64,000 nucleotides of DNA, taken from Octopus sinensis (Eukaryota). This document shows positions 41,201 to 52,756 of this stretch, one piece after another (the stretch's first letter is position 1; the number at the start of each line of letters is the position of its first letter). Position numbers and translations under genes: made by a program. The DNA lies in assembly GCF_006345805.1 (NCBI RefSeq), contig NC_043003.1, positions 37,944,001 through 38,008,000 on the forward strand, given 5' to 3'. The notes beneath the pieces were generated by a model. The model did no database searches, was not told the DNA's origin, and saw only the letters and a list, made by a program, of their open reading frames with translations.

Positions 41201-42045
41201 TTGCGAAAATAATGGCATTTTAGTTTGTTATGAAACGATACGTTGACAAAATGTTAAAAAGTGGTTAAAAACCCTTTAAACATAACTGAATTTCTGAATA
41301 ATAATAATGATAATGATGATGATTTCTTTATTAACCATAACAGCCGTTGTAATTATCTTGAAAAATAGAAAGTATTGTCGTAAAAATCAATAAAGGCTAC
41401 TTGAATCTTCGACTAAAAACAAAACCATCACAACAGATAAAATGTGTTCTATATTACTATTATCAATTCCATTCATATCTAGAATGTATTATAAGAATTG
41501 ATTCTTGTACTTGAGTGGTATTTTATGTTATCAACCCCGCCCTAAAAGGATGAAAAGCAAAGTTGAACTCGACGGGATTTCAAGTCACATGTTAGAGAGT
41601 AGAAGTTTAATTTAATAGCAGTTTATTGAATTTTTCTATTTATTCGTCCAGTTAGTTTTGATGTATAGAGAAAGAAGGTGGAATTGTAAAATACTTTGAC
41701 GTGTGTATCAATAACTGACGTTAGCGTTAATGAATGACAGAGGTAGTAAAGCGTCAGACGAAATGCATTGTAGTATTTAGTTACATCCCTTTATACTCTG
41801 AGTTCATACCCCGTCAATGGCCAATTTGTCATTCATCTCTCCAAGGTCGCCATAAATAAGTAACATTTGTAAACTGTATCGATTCAATCGATAACATTTT
41901 CTTTCGTATATCGTAGCATTTTTTTTTTAAGTAATTAATAAAACAAAACAAAATCAGTCGTTACAAGATAGGGAGTTATTTAACCCCAAGTATTGATCCA
42001 ACACATAATATGATCGAAAATATTCAAATTGTGACGATCCGTCTT

Positions 42046-42076
<31 letters not shown>

Positions 42077-42949
42077 TTTGACAGTGAATTTACAACTTTC
42101 TTTTTAAGATAACGTTGCGTGATTTGGGAAGAGTTCAACTGTTATTTGTAGCAGATCGAGTGATACTACCCCCACATATTTTTCCTTGAGGCCCAAGCCA
42201 GCTCTGACCGAGCAGACAATTGATCAAATGAGTTCCAGCAGCGACTATTTCGGTGTTTTGTAGTTGTTTTTATATTCTAGGATCACTTTGACCAACATTT
42301 CCCCTCTTTTTCTGGGCTTTAGGATGCGATTTGAGAGAATTTAGCTACCACTTCTAGCAGGTCGAGTAACTGTCTAGAGGCTTACCCACGGGCTAGAAAA
42401 GTAAAGATTTAAAAAATAATTATTAGGCACAGCACTAAATTCCTTGTGGTATTAAATGTCATTCTTTTGTATTCCAAGTTCAAATCCCTTTGGGGCCAGC
42501 TTTACCTTTCTTTCCTCAGGATTGATAGAATAACTGAATAATTGATTCAATCGATAATATTTTATCTTATTAAAAAGATGACTGAGTAACCAATCATTAA
42601 TCAATATTAAATTTATTGATCCATTCATTTAAATGTTAAAAAGAGAAGTTGATTTTTTTTTCTAGCTCAGTGCCAGCCTTGATTAAGCTGGCACTGTGTG
42701 ACTAACTCATTACTTTTTTTTTAATGATAATGTATGTACATATGTAACACGTATGCATATGATACATATATAATTCAAAACCACGTTAAATACAAATCCA
42801 AGACCGAAGGAAATGCAAACGTGAGTGAAGAAAGAAAAAAAGGACAAAAAGAAGGAAAAAGAAGAATGAAAGAAAAAGAAAGAAAAAAAACATCAATTCA
42901 ACCCAAATGCTTCAATTGGTCACACATCACAAGTTTCAATGAAACCTAC

Positions 42950-43372
42950 TGCAGCAAGCCAACACACTCATGGCATTACTGCAGGCAATGGCTAGGGTAA
43001 GGTGTTGAAACAGCTAGGTAGCCTCATGGGCATCACCTGACATGGGCATCAGTAAGGCAATGACAAGAACATTGCCATTAGCAGCCCAGCCCTTCCAAAC
43101 ATCTCACACTTCACAGGTTGGAAGAAATAGTTCACTGACAAGTCCCGATACTTAATGATTTTGTTCCATTCAGCTATGGAAGCAGTAACCCTCCCATTTA
43201 ATGCAGCATCCAGGATGTGGGAGGGAGCAAAAGAGTCACAGATTGTGACATTCCAGATAGGGCACATACCTCTTACCCAGACCAGAGACAAAGGGTAAGA
43301 CCATCTGGTCTCTTCACACATCACTTCTAGATAATCCTGCTGGCTCCAGAACCGAGGAGGTATCAACCCAAG
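42950..43372 (-). pseudogene. CRE-clade non-LTR retrotransposon C-terminal restriction-like endonuclease relic
   Basis: Across frameshifts it reads SVLEPAGLSRSD / KRPDGLTLCLW / WNVTICDSFAPSH..ASIAEWNKIIKYRDLSVNYFFQPVKCEMFG / SGDAHEAT*LFQHLTLAIACSNAMSVL. This fits the RPD...WD.T...AE..K..KY...P...ET.G...GNA pattern of RLE domains. Confidence 0.75.
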
Positions 43373-43578
43373 CCAGAAAAACAAAAGTATCTACTATTAC
43401 ATTATCCAATTCCTGATTTTTTTTTTTCAAGACAGTTAGGCGTGATTTGAGGGAGATTTAGCTGCTATTTCTTGCAGGTACTAATAACATCTTAGTGCCC
43501 CCCTTGTTGGCTCGTAACAGATGAGTAGACTGTATATCATCATAATCATCAAGAACATTATCATTATCATTTAACATA

Positions 43579-43754
43579 GGTGTAGGAGTGGCTGTGTGGT
43601 AAGTAGCTTGCTTATGAACCACATGGTTCCGGGTTCAGTCCCACTGCATGGCACCTTGGGCAAGTGTCTTCTACTATAGCCTCAGGCTGACCAAAGCCTT
43701 GTGAGTGGATTTGGTAGATGGAAACTGTAAGAAGCCTGTTGTATATAATGTATG

Positions 43755-43789
<35 letters not shown>

Positions 43790-44007
43790 ATATATGTTTG
43801 TGTGTCTGTATTTGTCCCCTCAACATCGCTTGACAACTGATGCTGGTGTGTTTGCATCCCCGTAACTTAGCGGTTCAGCAAAAGAGACCAATATAGTAAG
43901 TACTAGGCTTACGAAGAATAAGTCCTGGGGTTGATTTGCTCGACTAAAGGCGGTGCTCCAGCATGGCCACAGTCAAATGACTGAAACAAGTAAAAGAGTA
44001 AAGAGTA
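43579..44007 (+). mobile_element. tRNA-derived SINE, family A, full length
   Basis: Colinear with the reverse complement of 22895-23317. Confidence 0.9.
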
Positions 44008-45694
44008 TCCACTTTTCCATGCTTGCATGACTTGAAAAGAATTTGTTGAGGCTGATTTTTCTATTGCTGGATGCCTTTCCTGTAACAACCCCTCACCTGT
44101 TTCCAAGCAAGGTAATATTTCCTCATGCCTAGAAAAGTTTTTCACAAAAGACTAGAAATGAACAGCCTTGCTTGTATGATGATGATGCTGATGATGCTTT
44201 ACAACCATGTCATAACCCTCCTGCTTGCCAGCTCTTGTTAAACCATACACCTTATGTCAGCATGGAGAATGGATGTAAAATGATGGTGAGGAACATGATA
44301 ATGTAATATCTCAACAAGGGTACACACACAAACACACACACCTGCACATACAAGCATACATATACAGTTATTTATACCTCTGGTTTCTTTCAGTTTACAT
44401 CTATCAAATCCATTCACAAGGGTTTGGTCAGTATAGAGCTACAGCAGAAAACACTTGCCAAAGGTCCCACACAGTGGGACTGAACCCAAGACAACATAAT
44501 TGGAAAGCAAGATTCTTAACCACACAGGCACATGTGAGCCTATATAAAATGAACTAAGGGAAATAACTCAAATGATCCAGTGACATGACTGCATAAATGA
44601 GTAAATGTGTAATACTCTGAATGCTGTATGTAGAAACGAAAAAACAAAAAAAAAATGATATATTGAAATACCTGTAGTCAGGGATGGAAATGGATATTAG
44701 GAACTAGGTGTATGATAAGGGCTGAGAAGGCAGGATTAAATGCTATAAGTCAGCCTTCTCTGTGAGTTGAAAGTAGATCACTGTACTCCTGCACCCTGTC
44801 CAACCCCAACATCATCCATTTCCTTCTGCTTTTACTTGGAGAAAGTAAATAAAAACCTTGTTAGCAACTCTTAAAAAAAAAAGTGGGAGAAAAATTTCAA
44901 GATATTAAATATCTTGGAGCTTATTGATGAGTTTAACTCATTAGCATTTAAACTGGCAATATCCAGCCCAAATATTCTACCTGTTTTATGTTCAAACTAG
45001 CCAGATCCAGCATCTCACACCTGCCTTGCAATGTCATTCTAAAAATTAATAATCAAATCTTCAAAATCTCTAAGCTATAAGATAATGAATGATTAATTGT
45101 TAGAAATGTGAATAAATAAGCATTATATTTGACAGAGTAATCTGAATACGATGTAGTTAAAGGAGCAAATGTTTGATCTTTGTTGGCTGACTTGAGACAA
45201 CTATTGACACATTTAATTTTATTAGACTTCATTAGCATAGTCCATGGTATTACTTTAAGCTGCATCCGGTAGTGGGATCCAGGAGTTCTAGGGTTTTCAG
45301 GAGTGTGGAACCATCCTCTTAGCCACTGTTGATCCTATGTCTATTCTGACCTGGAATACTAGCATTTGTCAGGGTCCCAGCTGTGAGTTAAGTAGCATGT
45401 AACCACTCGAGCCAGGTTACCTTGAAATCAGGGAATGCAGCAATGTGAATTATTTTGGCAAATGAACTTATTGAATCAATATAGGCACAGGTGTGGCTGC
45501 ATGGGAAGAAACTTGCTTCCCAATGACATGATTCTGGGTTCAGTTCCACTGTGTTGTACTTTGGGCAAATGTCTTCTACTATAGCCTTGAGCTGACCAAA
45601 GCTTTGTGAGTGGATTTTGTAGACAGCAACTGAAAGAAGACCATTGTGTGTGTGTATGTATATATATATATCTGTATATGTATGTATGTATATG

Positions 45695-46083
45695 TATATT
45701 AAAAATGGGGAAGGTCAGTTTATGGGATTACCTTAGGTTTCCTGTCCATAAATGGTTTAACTTTATGGTGTATCATCAGATCCCAAAAACCTGTTGGCCC
45801 ATGACCTCTTAAAAACATGGAGGGAGAAATGCCTCTGGGGATTATCTCCCTTCACTAATGGCTATCAACTTCTGGCTGCCAGAAGTCAATAGCCATTAGC
45901 AAAGAGAGATAATTTCCAATTGTTACCTTCGAGTAGTAGTGAGGCATTGCTCTTTCCATATTTTTAAGAGGTCGTGGACCAACAGGTTTTGGAGATCTGA
46001 TGATATGCCATAAAGCTAAACCCTTTATGGACAGGAAACCTACTGTAATCTCATAAACCGGCCTTCCCCATTTTTAATATATA
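45695..46083. mobile_element. Foldback/palindromic MITE (~390 bp)
   Basis: ATATTAAAAATGGGGAAGG... pairs with ...CCTTCCCCATTTTTAATAT. Pairing continues inward to a central hairpin at about 45877. Flanked by TA. Confidence 0.85.
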
Positions 46084-46155
46084 CTGCTCTACATCTTAGA
46101 GTGGGCTTCTTTCGGATTTATGTTTTTTTACAAATGCTATATATATATATATATA

Positions 46156-47679
46156 GAATCGAAGGGCCTTAGAGTCAATCTAGCTAAAACCAAAGTCGTA
46201 ATCAGTAGGAAGGTAGACAAATCACAAACGCCTTCAGGTAGATGGCCCTGCTCGATCTGTAGAAAAGGTGCAGGTAGAAACTCTATAAGGTGCACCAAGT
46301 GTAAGCTATGGACACATAAGAGGTGCAGCAATGTCAAAGGAAGGCTAACTAGGAAGATGGTTTTTGTATGTGGCAGATGCTCAGGAACAATAAACACTGA
46401 AAATGCTCTGAGACCAACTTCTGTCACTTTCCAGGGAGAAAAACTAGAAATAGTTGATAGCTTCCGTTACCTAGGTGACCAAGTCAGCAGCGGGGGCGGG
46501 TGTGCTGAAAGTGTAACTGCTAGAGTAAGAATAGCTTGGGCAAAGTTCAGAGAGCTCTTACCTCTGCTGGTGACAAAAGGCCTCTCGCTCAGAGTAAAAG
46601 GCAGACTGTATGACGCGTGTGTACGAACAGCCATGCTACATGGCAGTGAAACATGGGCCGTGACTGCTGAGGATATGCGTAAGCTCGCAAGAAATGAAGC
46701 CAGTATGCTCCGATGGATGTGTAATGTCAGTACTCATACTCGACAGAGTGTAAGTACCTTGAAAGAAAAGCTGGACCTAAGAAGCATCAGTTGTGGTGTG
46801 CAAGAGAGACGTTTGCGCTGGTATGGGTATGTGGCGAGAATGGATGAAGATAGTTGTGTGAAAAAGTGCCACACCCTAGCGGTTGAGGGAACCTGGGGAA
46901 GAGGCAGACCCAGGAAAACCTGGGACGAGGTGGTGAAGCACGACCTTCGAACTTTAGGTCTCACTGAGGAAATGACTAGAGACCAAGACCTCTGGAAGTA
47001 TGCTGTGCGCGAAAAGACCCGGCAGGACAAGTGAGACCATAACCTGTGGCCTTCTACATGGGATGTAGCCAGTCCACTTATGCATACCTTCCCTTCTTGG
47101 GACACAAAACTCTACTTGTGAAGACCTGTTGAGGCAAGTGAGGATCAGAATCGAAATCGATCAATGGAAATTGCAGCTGAGTTACCAGTGCCAGTGGCAC
47201 GTAAGAGAACCATCCGAATGTAGCCATTGCCAGCGCCGCCCAGACTGGCCTCATGCCGGTGGCACGTAAAAAGCACCATCTGTTTGTGGCCGTTGCCAGC
47301 CCCGCCTGGCCCCCGTGCCGGTGGCATGTAAAAAAAACACCATCCGTTCGTGGCCGTTTGCCAGACTCGTCTGGCACCACCATCCGTTCGTGGCCATTGC
47401 CAGCGCCGCCCCGACTGGCCTCGTGCCTGTGGCACGTAAAAAGCACCATCCGTTCGTGGCCGTTTGCCAGCTCTGTCTGGCACATGTGTGGGTGGCACGT
47501 AAAAAGCACCCACTACACTTACAGAGTGGTTGGCGTTAGGAAGGGCATCCAGCCGTAGAAACACTGCCAGATCAGACTGGGCCTGATGCAGCCTTCTGGC
47601 TTCACAGACCCCAGTTGAACCGTCCAACCCATGCTAGCATTGAAAGCGGATGCTAAATGATGATGATGATGATGATGAT
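46156..47679 (+). mobile_element. 5'-truncated RTE-clade LINE: C-terminal RT region with PHD-finger insertion (open to stop at 47034), 3'UTR with ~60-bp tandem repeats, (GAT)n tail
   Basis: Motifs GLRVNLAKTKV, FRYLG, LHGSETW, RLRWYGYVARM and GRGRPRKTW. It begins right after a (TA)n run, so the ORF-track start at 46120 is spurious. Confidence 0.93.
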
Positions 47680-47708
47680 ATATACATACATACATACATA
47701 CATATACA

Positions 47709-48091
47709 TATTGGGTCATCACATAAATAATGCAGATTTTTCAATTGCATGAACTAAAAGTTGGAGAAGGATGGTATAAACTACTTGCATCAACTTGCTG
47801 TAAAAGCAGGCAGTAATTTTACCTTGTACTTATTCTTAGTGCAAGTTTTGAAGAGTGCAGTTCAATTTTAACAGTTATTTATTCAAAGCTATACTGGAAG
47901 TGGCAAAGGAGGATATTCGGTGCAACAGAAAGTGTGAGGAATATTAAAGCCGTATATGGAGTTTGGACAGTAAGTGTAAGCTAATGTCATAGAAACTCTG
48001 AGCCAGAAACTACAGCCTAGAAAACAAGCCTCATCCTGGAAGATCTATAGAGCTTGATGAGGATGTCCTGCAAACCCTGGTGAAACAAAAT
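47709..48091 (+). mobile_element. Truncated mariner: 5' TIR plus decayed transposase N-terminus
   Basis: Begins TA-TTGGGTCATC. Translated pieces EVAKEDIR, ATESVRNIKAVYGVWTVS and NYSLENKPHPGRSIELDEDVLQTLVKQN match the mariner HTH/GRP region. Confidence 0.75.
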
Positions 48092-48187
48092 GTATATATA
48101 TATGATGGATTCTCTCCTGTAGGTTTTGACGTGTGAGGCTTTGACAACATACTCTTTCTTTGTCAATTATAATGTTTATGTCGAATG

Positions 48188-49570
48188 TGTAGCAATATTG
48201 TTTTCTTCATTGCTATCTTCACCGTTTGAGAGAAATATCAAGAATGATCTCCTTTGAGATTGCAAACATCTTTGGCTAGTTTAACGTTGTTCTGTCCACT
48301 ATTTTGATTGGTTGGCATCTAAGCGCGATTTGTCTCTACTTATTTCGCGCCACTGACCAAAGCCAACCAATCACGGCCTTTGGTTAAGGTCCCATTTCCT
48401 AGGCTCTGTTGGGCCACCTTACTTGTATATAAGGGAGTGTTTTCAGTATACTTGCGTCTTTGGTTCCAGTCCTTGTAAGGACTAACTTCAGACCACAGCG
48501 TTACTCAACCCAGCGATATACGATTGCTCCTGCTACAACTAGCGACGACGCTAATGTACATTCACCACAGAAAGCCTACTATCTTCGTCGTCGCCTCTAA
48601 CATCTTCGCCATACAAACTGTAAACCAATTTCCATTATTAACCCTATGCTTTGTACCTTTCTATGCCACACGCATTCACCCTGATTGTATCTGACACACA
48701 CACGAACATACAGACACAAAAACGTGTTGCATACGCACATACGTGCTAACACTTACAAACTTCTAACATTAACACCATTGTAAATAAAATAATATCTATC
48801 CCTCAAACGGTGGTACAGCTTGTTGTCAATTCATCTATATTCTATTGGCACTGCATTGTGTAAAATTGTACTAATGGCTTATCTACATTCGTTAGGAATG
48901 CGACCACGTGCGATCATATTTCTTACACTGGCGACCCTCCGTTTTCAAACACGCAGCCATTTTATGTTCCCTCGAAAATTTCACATAGGTGACTTTGTGC
49001 CAGTTGAATTGACCAACCATTCGAATATCATCTTTGCTTCAATCTTATCGTCGTTTTGTCGTAGACAAAACGTCTGGCAAGAGGCTATCTGTAGCAATAT
49101 TGTTTTCTTCATTGCTATCTTCACCGTTTGAGAGAAATATTAAGAATGATCTCGTTTGAGATTACAAACATCTTTGGCTAGTTTAACGTTGTTGTGTCCA
49201 CTATTGATTGGTTGGCATCTAAGCGCGATTTGTCTCTACTTATTTCGCGCCACTGGCCAAAGCCAACCAATCACGGCCTTTCTTAGGCTCTGTTGAGCCA
49301 CCTTACTTGTATATAAGGGAGTGTTTTCAGTATACTTGCGTCTTTGGTTCCAGTCCTTATAAGGGCTAACCTCTGACCACAGAGCTACTCAACATGTCCA
49401 GTCACAGCGACAGACGATCAGCCACGACGACGCTAATGTACACCCGCAACAGAAAACCAATTTCTATCTCCGCCGCCGTCGTCACCATCATTGTAGCAAC
49501 TTCGAGTCACCATCACCATCGTCCACTTCAGACATGTACACACCAACTTCACAGATTCAACTCATACTGT
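48188..49570 (+). mobile_element. Non-coding LTR element (TRIM/solo-tandem-like): LTR1 48188-48927, PBS-like TGGCGACC at 48929, ~160-bp internal region, LTR2 from 49090 (truncated/diverged)
   Basis: Two direct repeats both start TGTAGCAATATTGTTTTCTTC and are near-identical for ~300 bp, with CCAAT boxes and TATATAA. LTR1 has AATAAA and ends ...TCTTACA, followed by CTGGCGACCC (Ty3/gypsy-style PBS). Confidence 0.7.
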
Positions 49571-49689
49571 TAGTGTGAAAATCTCACCACGGAAAAACAG
49601 TTGCAGTATATATATCTGAAAAAATATCTATATCAAGAGAAAGATAAGCACAAGTGATTCAACTAATCTCAGCTCCGAGACACAAAATC

Positions 49690-51162
49690 CCAGGATTTCA
49701 TGGAAAGTTCCTGGAAAATTCCAAGAAGTTTCCGAGGATTTCATGGAAAGATCCGGAGATTACCTAACTTACTGGAAAGTTTGTCGGAAACTTCCTGGAA
49801 AGTTCCGGGATACATCAACATCCTGAAATTTTGGTCGGAAACTTCCGGGGATTCCCCAACTTCCTGGAAATTTTGTCGGAAACTTCATGGAAAGCTCCGA
49901 TGGTTTCATTGAAAGTTCCGGGGTTTTCTCAACATCCTGGAAAATTATTCGGAACCTTCCTGAAAAGTTCCGTGGATTTCATGGAAAGTTCCAGGGATCC
50001 CCAACTTCCTGGAAAGTTCCGATGATTTCATGGAAAGTTCCGGGGGTTCCCCAACTACCTGGAAGATGGATCGTAAACTACCTGGAAATTACGAATTTTC
50101 GATCAAATATCCCGGAAGTCAGGAAATCATCGGAACATTCCTGGAAGTTTTTAACCAAATTTCCCCAAAGTTAGAAAATCCTCGGAACATTCCAGGAGGT
50201 TTTCGACCAAATTTCACACAAGTTAGAAAACCCAACCAATTTCCAGGAAGTTTTCGACCAGATTTCCAAGAAGTTACAAAATCACCGGAACTTTCCCGGA
50301 AGATTTCGACGAAATTTCACGGAAGTTAGAAAGTCTCCGGAACTATCCAGGTAGTTTTCTCCCAAATTTCACGGAAGTAGGAAATCCTCGGATCATTCCA
50401 GGAAATTTTCGTTCATATATTTCGGAAGTCAGGAAATCATCGGAACCTTTGAGGAAGTTTTCGACCAAATTTCTCGGGAGTCTGACAATCCTCGGAACTT
50501 TCCAAGATGTTGTCGACAAAATTTCACGCAAATTAGAAAATCCCGGAATTTCCAGGAAGTTTTCGACTAAATTTCCAGGAAGTTTAAAAAATCACCGGAA
50601 CTTTTCGATAAAATTTCCTGGCAGTCAGAAAATCCCTGGAACTTACCAGGAAGTTTCCGGCCAAATTTCCCGGAATTTGGGAAGTTCTCGAAACATTCCA
50701 GGAGCGTTTCAACCAAATTTCCCGGAAGTCATGAACTCCTCGGAACTTTCCAGGAAGTTTTCGATCAAAGTTCCCGGAAGTTCGAAAATCCCAGGAATTT
50801 TCCAGGAAGTTTTCGACGAAATTTACCGGAAGGTAGAAAATCCTCGGAACTTTCGAGGAAATTATCGACGAAATCTCCTAGAAGTTAGAAAATCTTTGGT
50901 AATTTCCAGGAAGGTTTCGACCAAATTGCCAGAAAGCTAGAAAATCCTCGGAACATTTGAAGAAGGTTTCCACCAAATATCTCGGAAATCAGAAAATCCT
51001 CGGTACTTTCCAGGAAGTTTTCGACAAAATTTCTCGGAAGTTAGAAAACTCCCAGAAGTTTCCAGGAAGATTTCGACAAAAATTTCCCGGTATTTAGAAA
51101 TCCTCGGAACTTTCTAAGAATGTTTCGACCAAATTTCCCAGAAGTTAGGAAATCCTCGGAAC
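49690..51162. repeat. 52-bp satellite with an internal orientation switch at about 50092
   Basis: Consensus is approximately GGAACTTTCCAGGAAGTTTTCGACCAAATTTCCCGGAAGTTAGAAAATCCTC, with AAAATCCTCGG at 50941 and 50993. The segment 49690-50090 is the reverse complement. Confidence 0.9.
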
Positions 51163-51164
51163 AT

Positions 51165-52755
51165 GCAGCAGTTATTCTATGAAGGAGTCCCTAATTTGCA
51201 TACCGAACATTTTTAACCCCTCTATAAACTGTTTAAATACTCAACAAATGCAGAAGTTATTCTATGCAGGAGAACCTAATTTGCATACCGAACATTTTTA
51301 ACCGTTCCATAAACTGTTTAAATACTCAACAAATACAGCAGTTATTCTATGAAGGGCACCCTAATTTGCATAACGAAAATATTTAACCCTCTATAAACTG
51401 TTTAAATACTCAACAAATGCAGAGGTTATTCTATGAAGGAATCCCTAATTTGCAAACCGAAAGTGTTTAACTCTCAATAAACAGTTTAAGTACTCAACAA
51501 AGGCAGCAGTAATTCTATGAACGGGTCCCTAATTTGCATACCGAAAATTTTTAACCTCTCTATAAACTCTACATATACTCAACAAATACAGCAGTTATTC
51601 TATGAAGGAGTCCCTAATTTCATACCGAAAATTTTTAACACTCTAGAAACTGTATATATACTCAACAAATGCAGCAGTTATTCTATGAAGGAGTTTCTAA
51701 TTAGCATAGCGAAAATTTTTAACCGTTCTATAAACTGTTTAAATACTCAACAAATACAGCAGTTATCCTATGAAGGAGTCCGTAATTTGCATACTGAAAA
51801 TGCATAGCACTCTATAAACTGTATATATACTCAAGAAATTCAGCAGTTATTCTATGCAGGAGAACCTAATTTAAATACCGAAAATGTTTAACACTTTATA
51901 GACTGTTTAAATACTCAACAAATGCAGCAATTATTCTATGAAGTCCCTTATTTGCATACCGAAAATTTTTAACCCCTCTATAAACTGTTTAAATACTGAA
52001 CAAATGCAAAATTCATTCTATGAAGGAGTGCTAATTTTCATATCGAAAATTTTTAACCGCTCTATAAACTGTTTAAATACTCAACAAATGCAGCAGTTAT
52101 TCTATGAAGGAGTTTCTAATTTGCATAGCGAAAATTTTTAACCGCTCTATAAACTGTATATATACACAACAAATGCTGCAGTTATACTATGAAGGAATCT
52201 CTAATTTGCATACCGAAAATTTTTAATACTCTATAAACTGTATATATGCTCAACAAATGTAGCAGTTATTTTATGAAGGAATCCCTAATTTGTATACCGA
52301 AAATTTTTAACCCCTTTATAAACTGTTTAAATACTCAACAAATACAGAAGTTATTCTATGAAGGTGTACCTAATTTGCATACCAAAAATTTATAACCCCT
52401 CTATAAACTGTATAAATACTCAACAAATCCTTAAATCCTTAAAAATGTTTTAGCCCGAAGGCCGCGGCCATGCTGGAGCACCACCAAATGGAGAAGTTAT
52501 GCTATGAAGGAGATCCTAATTTGCATACCGAAAATTTTTAACCGTTCTATAAACTGTTTAAATACTAAAAAAATACAGCAGTAATTCTATGAAGGAGACC
52601 CTAATTTGCATACCGAAAATTTTTAACCGTTCTATAAACCGTTTAAATACTAAAAAAATACAGCAGTAATTCTATGAAGGAGATCCTAATTTGCATAACG
52701 AAAATTTTTAACCGTTCTATAAACTGTTTAAATACTTTAGAAATACAGCAGTTAT
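51165..52755. repeat. 85-bp AT-rich satellite, ~18 units
   Basis: Unit GCAGCAGTTATTCTATGAAGGAGTCCCTAATTTGCATACCGAAAATTTTTAACCGCTCTATAAACTGTTTAAATACTCAACAAAT, with starts at 51165, 51250 and so on. Confidence 0.95.
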
Positions 52756-52756
52756 A

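Noticed and set aside
49700-52141. Repetitive ORFs and a CRISPR-like look of the regular repeats
   Set aside because: These are eukaryotic tandem satellites with no unique spacers and no cas genes. The ORFs are translations of the repeat units.
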